From NCBI GenBank assembly GCA_041178085.1, contig JBEGVZ010000085.1:32001-96000 (forward strand): a stretch of 64,000 bases of DNA, read 5' to 3'. Shown piece by piece: positions 56,813 through 64,000 of the stretch; position 1 is the stretch's first letter, and each line of letters starts with the position of its first letter. The notes beneath the pieces were generated by a model. The model ran no database searches and had not been told where the DNA came from. It was given only the letters and a program-made list of their open reading frames with translations. This DNA is from Pseudomonadota bacterium (GTDB lineage: Bacteria; Bdellovibrionota_B; Oligoflexia; Oligoflexales; RGVZ01). A program made the translations under genes and the position numbers.

Positions 56813-58384
56813 TCAGGCCACGGAGGTGGCCTCAAACCGCCTGGTGACCTGCACCTTGATCTGACCCGGGAAGGCGACATCAGTTTCGATGCGCTTTGCG
56901 ATCTCCGTCGACATCTGCTGCAAGTCGGCGTCCTTGATTCGCTTGTGGCTGACTTCGACGTGAACTTCCCGCCCACCATTCATGATGGCGGATTTGGTCA
57001 CACCTGGGAAGCTCCGGATCACCTCATCAATTGCATTCAGGCGGATCTGGTAGCCCTCCTCAAGATTGACGCGTGCGCCCGGCCGCGCACCAGAGAGGGT
57101 GTCTGCGGTTTTCAGGACAAAAGCGAGCGGGGTCTCAAGGATGAGGTCGTTGTGATGGGACATGACCGTGTCGCAAATCAGCCGACGTTCACCAAAACGG
57201 TCCGCGTAGTCGCCGCTGATCACCGCGTGGCTGCCCTCGATCCGGTAGTCCAGCGCCTTGCCGATGTCGTGGAGAAGTCCGCAGCGTTTCGCGTCGGCCG
57301 GGTCGACGCCCAGTTCCGAGGCCACAACGCCAGCAAGGACCGCCACTTCAAAGGAGTGAAGATACTGATTTTGACGGTAACTGGTCCGCCAGTTCAGGTA
57401 GCCGACCAGTTTTTGTACCTCAGGGTGGATGTTGTCCAGCTGCAGGGCGAGCACCGCTTGGCGGCCAAGCTTGGTGGCTTGTTGTTCGATGGCCTCGCGG
57501 TGGCGGGCGTAAGCTTCCTTGCTTTTCGTCCAGGCAGACGGTCCTTTGGCGATCAGCTCCTGAAGAGTCAGGCGAGCGGACTCCCGCTCAACCCCGGCGC
57601 CACCCGAAAGGCGCAGGAGCGGAGAAAAGTCTGGGTTTTCCGGGCGGGAGAGTTCGATTTCGATCCCGGCAAGTTCTTTCATGTCGAGAACCAGCTGCGG
57701 ATTCGCTTCGATCTCGTCCGCGAGCCGGGCGCTTTCGATCTCCACGTGATTGAGCATCTTGGGCCACGGGAATTCAGGGGCGTAGCGTGCCATCGCGCGG
57801 CTCATGATGCGCTGAGCGGACTTCTTCCCGGATGAGGCCAGCTCGTCGCTGGCGATGCGCAGGACTTTCTGGCACTCAAGCTGCCGGCTTTCGATCAAGT
57901 CCCTTTTCAGTGCAAGTTTCAGCTCATTGGCATCGGCGCGGGAGGCTTCCTCGAGGCGTCGCTTCAATTCGCCCGCGTTGCTCTCCAGCCGTCCCTCGAG
58001 GTTTGCTGAGATGTCACGCATCGACTGAACCTTGCGCTGGATGGTTTCCATGTCACCTTCGAGGCGCGTCATTTGCGATTCCTCTGTCTCCAGAAGGCTT
58101 TCGCGGCGCTCCAAGTCTTCTTCGGAGGTCTTGAGGTCTTCCTTGCGTTCGTTGATGGACTCCTCAAGGTCCTCCCGCAGGATCTGGATGTTGGCGTCTG
58201 CGCGCTTAAGCAGGTCATCGCAGATTGTCTCCGCCTGAATCTTGGCTTCACGGAGTACCTCGGACTTTTGCTTGCGGTTTGACGCGGCGAGCCGCCCCGG
58301 CAGGATCAGAAGGGCCAGGCGGAAGAACGCATAACCTGCAGCCATGCTGGCGATGGCAGTGACAAGTGCGATTTTGGTGTCCAT
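56813..58384 (-). CDS. rny: Ribonuclease Y (divergent KH region)
   Basis: N-terminal TM helix, long coiled coil, RTSYRQN..HSFEVA, GLLHDIGKA, EGSH, SHH, ADTLSGARPGAR, FPGQIKVQVTR. Confidence 0.88.
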   Translation of the reverse strand: MDTKIALVTAIASMAAGYAFFRLALLILPGRLAASNRKQKSEVLREAKIQAETICDDLLKRADANIQILREDLEESINERKEDLKTSEEDLERRESLLETEESQMTRLEGDMETIQRKVQSMRDISANLEGRLESNAGELKRRLEEASRADANELKLALKRDLIESRQLECQKVLRIASDELASSGKKSAQRIMSRAMARYAPEFPWPKMLNHVEIESARLADEIEANPQLVLDMKELAGIEIELSRPENPDFSPLLRLSGGAGVERESARLTLQELIAKGPSAWTKSKEAYARHREAIEQQATKLGRQAVLALQLDNIHPEVQKLVGYLNWRTSYRQNQYLHSFEVAVLAGVVASELGVDPADAKRCGLLHDIGKALDYRIEGSHAVISGDYADRFGERRLICDTVMSHHNDLILETPLAFVLKTADTLSGARPGARVNLEEGYQIRLNAIDEVIRSFPGVTKSAIMNGGREVHVEVSHKRIKDADLQQMSTEIAKRIETDVAFPGQIKVQVTRRFEATSVA

Positions 58385-58536
58385 CTAGAGAGATTCCTGT
58401 ATTTTTTCAGGGGCATCTGCCCCACGATTGATGCAAAGACATTATTCCCCTTCTATCTTATGTCGCAACCATGGGGGATCGTCTTTACCTAAAAATGCGA
58501 CCGGGGTTCCGGCAGCCTGCGACAAATGGCGGATAT

Positions 58537-59337
58537 ATGACAAAAGTATCTGTTTTTATTGAAGAAACCCTAAGATCCTGTGCGGTTGAGCTGATGACCC
58601 GGTTTCGCACCGGTGTTGGTGTCAGCACCAAGGCTGACGCCAGCCTTGTCACAGAAGCTGACCTTGCCAGTGAGCGGGTAGCCCTGGAACGCATCAAATC
58701 AGCATTCCCGGAGGATATGCTCTTGTCAGAAGAGACGCATACTTCGGCCACCTCCAGGCCGGAGGGGCGCCACGTCTGGATCGTGGATCCGCTCGACGGG
58801 ACGACAAACTTCGCCAACGGCTATGCATTTTTTTGCATTTCAATCGCACGTGGGATCTTCCGCAAAGATGGCTCCATTGACGTGGTGGCAGGCGGCATCA
58901 TGGACCCAGTCAACGGCAACGTGTACCTCGCTGAGCGTGGCAAGGGCGCGTGGATGGACGGTAAGCAACTCAAGGTTCTGCCTCCGCGCCCCCTGGCCAA
59001 AGGTTTTCTGGTCACGGGCTTCTACTTCACCGACCCGACACGGCTGATGCCCGAGGTGGAACGCTTTGCCCGTGTGGCAACGCAGTGCCCCGCCATCCGC
59101 CGCGACGGATCGGCTGCCCTGGATCTTGCTTTGGTGGCTCGTGGTTTGTTCGATGGTTTTTGGGAAAATGGGCTAAAAGTCTGGGATGTTGCGGCTGGTG
59201 CCTTGCTCGTTGCAGAGGCCGGCGGAGTGGTCCAGAATTACGCCCCATCAGGAGCCGGATCTTGGTTTGACCCCGAAGGCCCGGGAATCGTTGCGGGCAA
59301 CCCGGCAACAGTTGCCTCGATTGCAGGGCTTTTGTGA
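58537..59337 (+). CDS. suhB: Inositol monophosphatase family protein
   Basis: LVTEAD, SEE, WIVDPLDGTTNF, RRDGSAALDL, WDVAAG..EAGG. Confidence 0.9.
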   Translation: MTKVSVFIEETLRSCAVELMTRFRTGVGVSTKADASLVTEADLASERVALERIKSAFPEDMLLSEETHTSATSRPEGRHVWIVDPLDGTTNFANGYAFFCISIARGIFRKDGSIDVVAGGIMDPVNGNVYLAERGKGAWMDGKQLKVLPPRPLAKGFLVTGFYFTDPTRLMPEVERFARVATQCPAIRRDGSAALDLALVARGLFDGFWENGLKVWDVAAGALLVAEAGGVVQNYAPSGAGSWFDPEGPGIVAGNPATVASIAGLL

Positions 59338-59424
59338 GCCGTGGAATAATGAAGCTGTTGGTGGTCATTCCCCGCCTGGCCTCAGAAAACCGACGGGTCA
59401 CCCAAATGATCGGAGACCTCTGAA

Positions 59425-60213
59425 ATGAACCTCGGCAAAAGCCTGGTCGTTTGCCTCTCGCTGACAACCGCCTCCGCAGCGGACGCTGCGCAATGGCTGG
59501 TTCAGTCTGGAGACGTACAAGTCAATTGGTCCAGCCTCTCGGCGCAGTTTTCCGGAGTCGCCAACTCTCAACCGGCAGACCGCGAGGGATTGAAGGGACT
59601 CGAGCGGACAGCTTGGCGCAACGGCTACGAGAAAGCCGGCACTTTACTGGAACCACTGATGCGTGATCAATTCGGCAAGGCCTCAGGCGGCAGCGGGCAA
59701 CCAGAGGCAGGAACAGTCTCCGGGGCGGTTGACGAAGTTCGCAAGTCGGTCAAATCGCTCAATGCGACCTTTTTTGCCAACGGTTCGGTGGAAGTTGCCA
59801 TGGAGGCTTCGCTGCGCAGTGGTTTTGCCGCAGCCCTGCGCCATTCGGGAGCCGGAGCAAAGCCTGCGGCAGCTGGCAATTCTGAGTCAGACTCGACCGG
59901 CCTTCTCATCAAGGTCCCGGCTGCCGCCCAGCCATCAGTGGCCTTTTGGCTCGTGGACTCTAGTGGCAAGGTCTTGTTCGAGCCAGCCATGCTGAGTCAG
60001 GAGGGCGTCAGCCAAGGCTCTATGGGCCGATGGTTCCGCTCCCCTGGCAAGGAAGAAGTCGCCAGGATCACCGGTGAAAAGCCGGATACCTTGGTTGTCT
60101 CCGAGGTCCGGCAGGGCAACCGGTTCGTTGTCGATTCCCAGCAATTTGCCCAGCTCGGGGCGGGTGCCCTTCGGGCCCTTGCTGATGGCAATGCGCTGGT
60201 CTCTGGTCGCTGA
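59425..60213 (+). CDS. Hypothetical exported protein, possibly related to the LPP20-domain family
   Basis: Signal peptide; VNW, NGSVEV, TGLLI, VDSSGKVLF pattern. Confidence 0.5.
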   Translation: MNLGKSLVVCLSLTTASAADAAQWLVQSGDVQVNWSSLSAQFSGVANSQPADREGLKGLERTAWRNGYEKAGTLLEPLMRDQFGKASGGSGQPEAGTVSGAVDEVRKSVKSLNATFFANGSVEVAMEASLRSGFAAALRHSGAGAKPAAAGNSESDSTGLLIKVPAAAQPSVAFWLVDSSGKVLFEPAMLSQEGVSQGSMGRWFRSPGKEEVARITGEKPDTLVVSEVRQGNRFVVDSQQFAQLGAGALRALADGNALVSGR

Positions 60214-60327
60214 CCTTCCGGGCTTCAGGTCTTTTTCACGGCACAAGCCGCTTTTTTCGTTTGCCTCTCAATTAGGCGCATGTTAAACCCCTCCGTCCTT
60301 CAGAAAGAAGCGGAAGGTGGTTTTTTT

Positions 60328-60525
60328 ATGCCCAAAATGAAGTCGAAAAAAGCAGCGTCGAAGCGGTTCTCGGTCCTGTCCTCAGGCCGCATCAAGCGCA
60401 GTAAGTGCAACAAGCGTCACATCCTTACCAAGAAGGACCGTGCGCGCAAAAACAAGCTCAAGAAAACAGGTTACGTTCATCCGTCGGATGTCGGTTTGGT
60501 GATGCGTTGTCTGCCAAACGGCTGA
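60328..60525 (+). CDS. rpmI: 50S ribosomal protein L35
   Basis: MPKMKSKKAASKRF..HILTKK..R. Confidence 0.95.
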   Translation: MPKMKSKKAASKRFSVLSSGRIKRSKCNKRHILTKKDRARKNKLKKTGYVHPSDVGLVMRCLPNG

Positions 60526-60557
60526 TGATTTTAGCGATTTAAAGCAGGTGTTTTGTC

Positions 60558-60926
60558 ATGGCTCGTGCAAAAAGAGGTTTTAAAGCCCGCCGTCGTCGCA
60601 AGAAGTTGCTGTCCCTTGCGAGCGGCTTCCGTGGAACGAGAAAGAACTGCTACGGCACTGCCGTTCACGTGGTTCGTCGCGCACTCAAGTACAGCTACCG
60701 CGATCGTCGGGTTAAGAAGCGCGAATTCCGCACTTTGTGGATCATCCGTATCAATGCGGCGGCTCGGGCTGCCGGCTTGAAGTATTCGGAACTGATGCAC
60801 GGGCTGCGCCTTAAGGGAATCGAACTCGACCGTAGCGTCCTGGCCGACATGGCACTGCGTGACGAAGCGGGTTTTGCAGCCCTCGTGAAAGAGGTCAAGT
60901 CGGTCCTTCCGGCTGCTGCCAACTGA
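60558..60926 (+). CDS. rplT: 50S ribosomal protein L20
   Basis: [40 protein letters not shown]. Confidence 0.97.
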   Translation: MARAKRGFKARRRRKKLLSLASGFRGTRKNCYGTAVHVVRRALKYSYRDRRVKKREFRTLWIIRINAAARAAGLKYSELMHGLRLKGIELDRSVLADMALRDEAGFAALVKEVKSVLPAAAN

Positions 60927-60946
60927 TCTTTCCAGCGATTCAGCGT

Positions 60947-60978
60947 AAGGCCCGCTCCTGTCATGGGTGCGGGCTTTT
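60947..60978 (+). terminator. Terminator-like hairpin between rplT and tRNA-Leu
   Basis: AAGGCCCGC..GCGGGCTTTT. Confidence 0.55.
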
Positions 60979-60984
60979 GCATGT

Positions 60985-61068
60985 GGGGACGTGGTGAAAT
61001 TGGTAGACACGCTGGTCTTAGAAGCCAGTGCCTCTGGCGTGAGAGTTCAAGTCTCTCCGTCCCCACCA
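60985..61068 (+). tRNA. tRNA-Leu (TAG)
   Basis: GGGGACG..CGTCCCC-ACCA; anticodon arm CTGGT-CTTAGAA-GCCAG; long variable arm; GTTCAAGTC T-loop. Confidence 0.96.
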
Positions 61069-61817
61069 TTCATGCGGGATTTGACTAATATTCTGATGCG
61101 GCACGAGCCAACCGCGATGATGTCCTTGCTACCGACTGGCTGAAGACTGCTGATTTTCTTCCCGTTCACAAAGGATCCGTTCATGGATCCTTGGTCCTCA
61201 ACAAAGACGTCGCCGGTGTCATTGACCTTCACAAGCAGGTGCTTGCGCGAGATTTCTGGATCCGCCTCAAACTTGCCAAAGTGTGCTGCACGGCCGATGA
61301 AAAACTGCTTTTGCTGAACCGGGATTTCTTCGTTGCGGCCATCACCGTAGGTCACGTTCAAGATCACGTAATGGCTCTGGGTCTGGCGCAGCTCTGATTC
61401 GATCAAGCTGTCGACCAGGCTGGAACGTGAATCGCCCTGGGTCCCTCCACGAGCGCCCGTCTTGAACTGAGTTGATATGTGGCGGGTGCGACGTTCGTCC
61501 TCCAGAGCGAACCTCATCACTGTCTTGCCAATCCTTATCTGGTCATCGTGATGGAGTCGCGATTTAACGATGCGCTGGTCATTTACAAAAGTTCCGTTGG
61601 TGCTATTCATGTCAAAAATATGAAAATTTCCACCGATATTCTGGATCTGGCAGTGCGTGGCTGAAACTTCTGCATCTGCGATCAGCACATCGCCCTTTTC
61701 GCGCCCGAAAATGGTCGCGTCCCGCCTTAGCTTGATAGCCTCAGGCGATCCGCCATCACGCGATACGTAAAGTACCGCGCGCTGTTCCTTGTCATTTTCT
61801 GGCTTTTCTTTCTTCAT
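61047..61817 (-). CDS. Tandem FHA-domain protein
   Basis: FHA1: FGR..VSATH..DMNSTNGTFVN. FHA2: IGR..ISRKH..DQGSMNGSFVNG. Confidence 0.92.
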   Translation of the reverse strand: MKKEKPENDKEQRAVLYVSRDGGSPEAIKLRRDATIFGREKGDVLIADAEVSATHCQIQNIGGNFHIFDMNSTNGTFVNDQRIVKSRLHHDDQIRIGKTVMRFALEDERRTRHISTQFKTGARGGTQGDSRSSLVDSLIESELRQTQSHYVILNVTYGDGRNEEIPVQQKQFFIGRAAHFGKFEADPEISRKHLLVKVNDTGDVFVEDQGSMNGSFVNGKKISSLQPVGSKDIIAVGSCRIRILVKSRMNGGDGET

Positions 61818-61956
61818 GTTCCCCAGTCCCGGGTCAACTTCAGGTCTATCGGCAGCTGGCCTGTCCAAACTGAATCCGCGCACTTGCCTCTGCCGTAAAT
61901 TCTGGCAAGATTGCCAGAAGATCCCGGGGTTTCTCCCCGGACAATTGGGGGGAGCA

Positions 61957-62241
61957 ATGGTTCAACCAGGAAAGCCCTTTGACGGCGCAGGCGTAGAGTT
62001 TTCTGAGCTGGTACTTGGACTTTCTTCGGCCGCGTTGCATTACCTTGGCGAGGGTACTGGTAGTGTACCACCCGCGCAAAAGTCGGAGGCCAATCTTGCT
62101 CTGGCCAGGCAGAACATTGAAATCATCCGAATGCTCAAGACCAAAACAAATGGCAACTTGTCGGCCGATGAGGTTCGATTGGTCGATGGTGTTTTGACCG
62201 ATCTGATGACCAAGTTTGCACAGGTTGCTGCGAAGGTTTAA
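61957..62241 (+). CDS. DUF1844 family protein
   Basis: FSELVLGLSSAALHYLG..LARQNIEIIRMLKTKTNGNLSADE..L..L; GGGAG RBS. Confidence 0.85.
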   Translation: MVQPGKPFDGAGVEFSELVLGLSSAALHYLGEGTGSVPPAQKSEANLALARQNIEIIRMLKTKTNGNLSADEVRLVDGVLTDLMTKFAQVAAKV

Positions 62242-62255
62242 CGAAACCTGTCGCA

Positions 62256-63008
62256 TCAGTTCTTTTTCTGGATTGTGAGCTTGGTTCCGACGAGAAGTTC
62301 TTTCGCGTCTTTCGCCAGTGCAAGGATCCTGAAGATGGCGTACCCATCACTGGATTTTTCCAGTTCCAGGAGCCCGGCTCCGCTTCTTTTATTGGTCAGG
62401 AGCGCCATGCTTTTTTCGGAACCCCTGATTGCCAGCGCCTGGATTTTATCACCCTTCAGTATGGTCGCGGGGCCCCCTGCAAGGACATAGCTTCCTTTCA
62501 CCGCCAGGATGACGCCGTCGTATCCCAGACTTTGAAATGTCCATTGGACCAGGGAGGCAGGCGAAGCATCGCCACTATAGGATTTCACGGATCCAAGCTT
62601 TCTTAGTTTGATGCCATCGTTATAAAAGACGGCGGCCGAAGATGATTTTACGTCAGAAAAAACGAGGTTTGCCACGATCGCCGCGGCACCTTTCTTCGCC
62701 GAGTCACCAGAATTTATTTTTTGCGAGAATTGCGCCGTGCCGCGATCGATAAAGGTAAATGGTGACATTGGACGGAATTCCTCACCGTTTTGGATCAGGG
62801 AATCCGTAGCGGCAGAGGCAACCGGTCCAGCAACAATCTGGATCCTGGCAGGGATGTATTGTTCTGCAATCGGAGCGGCCCGCACCTCTTTGATCCATCC
62901 ATCAAGATCCGGTGCAGGCTCAACGGTCCTTGCGCGCGCACCGGATGAATTGATCAAAACCGCGAATGTCAGGACCACCGCAAATGATAATCTGAGCAAG
63001 TTCTTCAT
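62256..63008 (-). CDS. Hypothetical exported protein
   Basis: Signal peptide MKNLLRLSFAVVLTFAV..ARA; 7 bp downstream of the preceding gene. Confidence 0.7.
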   Translation of the reverse strand: MKNLLRLSFAVVLTFAVLINSSGARARTVEPAPDLDGWIKEVRAAPIAEQYIPARIQIVAGPVASAATDSLIQNGEEFRPMSPFTFIDRGTAQFSQKINSGDSAKKGAAAIVANLVFSDVKSSSAAVFYNDGIKLRKLGSVKSYSGDASPASLVQWTFQSLGYDGVILAVKGSYVLAGGPATILKGDKIQALAIRGSEKSMALLTNKRSGAGLLELEKSSDGYAIFRILALAKDAKELLVGTKLTIQKKN

Positions 63009-63015
63009 GTCCCAC

Positions 63016-64000
63016 CTACCAGTTTAATACCAGCCCGAGGCCGGCATAGGCTGCGCGCAACTCAACGCCTGACACCGCGACTTCGCCGGGGTCAAGATCG
63101 CCCATCTTGATGTTCTCGATGGCGATGTTCTCGTACATCCCGAAGGTCAGCACATTGAAGGTGTAGTCCACCCCAAACAGGCGAAAATCCATCGTTGAGT
63201 TCAGGAAAAGATCCAGCCCGGCCCGCTCCGACGAGACGGCGCTCGTGCCAAGGACAGGCAAGAAAGGAATGCCACGATCGATCGCATACCAGACCCTTGC
63301 GGTATAAAGACGTGCCGCGCGTTCAGCTGAAACCTCAAGCGACACACTGGGCTGGTTCCTGATCTGGAAATCTTGTGTGGCAGTAACATTGCCATCGGCA
63401 TCCCGTTCCACCGGCTGACGGGAGAGAAGATAATATCGACCAAGCTTTGGCGTCACTTCGACGCGGTTTATGAATAGTGGAAACTTGAAGCTGAATGAAC
63501 GGCCAAGCACAAACCTTGTCCACTCCAGTGTTGTTGTTGTGCCGTTGGCGGTAGCGGTCTGCTGCGGGAATTTGTCGTAATAAAACTTGATGCCGCTGAG
63601 TGGACCCGACCGGACTTCCACCAGCAGCCCGTAAAGTGAGCCGTTTTCAACCAGATCATCCCCCTTCAGGAGTTGCTTTCCGTACCGGAGCCCGACGTAA
63701 CCCGAAGCTGCGGTTTGGAACAGGAGGTTCGATATCGAATCATAACCCTTGGTAAACAGATTGCTGAGCAATCCCGACCTTGCCGCAGAGCTCAAGCGTT
63801 CATGTGCGCTGCTCACCGCCTTCTCCAGTTCAACGGATCGCTGGCCGGCACCATCGCTATTATGGCTCCAGATCCGTGCATTCCCAGCGGTGGTTGCGGT
63901 GCGCGCCTTGGCGTCCAACTTATAACGTGCAGTGTCGATGAAGGCCGTCCTGGTGCTTGAACCGGTGCCTGACTGGAACCTTGTCTTGTCCTTTCCAGTG
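63016..64000 (-). CDS. Hypothetical protein with C-terminal outer-membrane beta-barrel, 5'-truncated by the window
   Basis: Frame stays open to the window edge; C-terminal YAGLGLVLNW (terminal aromatic residue). Confidence 0.65.
   Translation of the reverse strand, partial: TGKDKTRFQSGTGSSTRTAFIDTARYKLDAKARTATTAGNARIWSHNSDGAGQRSVELEKAVSSAHERLSSAARSGLLSNLFTKGYDSISNLLFQTAASGYVGLRYGKQLLKGDDLVENGSLYGLLVEVRSGPLSGIKFYYDKFPQQTATANGTTTTLEWTRFVLGRSFSFKFPLFINRVEVTPKLGRYYLLSRQPVERDADGNVTATQDFQIRNQPSVSLEVSAERAARLYTARVWYAIDRGIPFLPVLGTSAVSSERAGLDLFLNSTMDFRLFGVDYTFNVLTFGMYENIAIENIKMGDLDPGEVAVSGVELRAAYAGLGLVLNW

Noticed and set aside
56810..57835. 341-aa antisense ORF (likewise 35797-36786 opposite nrdJ and 38774-39712)
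   Set aside because: Shadow frames of well-supported genes on the other strand.

Overview
This is a gene-dense chromosomal window of about 57 CDS and 3 tRNAs, with no mobile element or CRISPR array. The organism is a diderm bacterium (lpxC, several outer-membrane barrels). The gene mix (DUF1844, REC-TPR, class II RNR, ClpC, RNase Y, scpAB) suggests a Bdellovibrionota/Oligoflexia-like 'deltaproteobacterium'; that placement is inference. Recognisable genes: murF, ddl, lspA, clpC, slt, queA, mpaA-like, scpA/scpB, cls, recN, an acyl-CoA desaturase, nrdJ, lpxC, comEC, dnaK, rny, suhB, rpmI/rplT, and tRNA-Lys, -Glu and -Leu. The most notable observations are: (1) a TetR-TPR operon carrying an intact-ORF but apparently catalytically dead thiolase and FadJ-like trifunctional-enzyme pair (candidate repurposed pseudoenzyme complex); (2) a single-chain LuxE-LuxC fatty-acid reductase fusion with no other lux genes; (3) an RluB-like protein lacking its catalytic Asp; (4) an RNase Y whose KH GxxG loop is gone; (5) an nrdJ promoter with tandem NrdR boxes interleaved with DnaA boxes; (6) a candidate structured RNA of about 120 nt; and (7) a 12-bp periodic repeat in front of clpC. 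All family assignments come from motif recognition by eye; no database searches were run. Many start codons were moved from the ORF track on the basis of RBS, signal peptide or homology.
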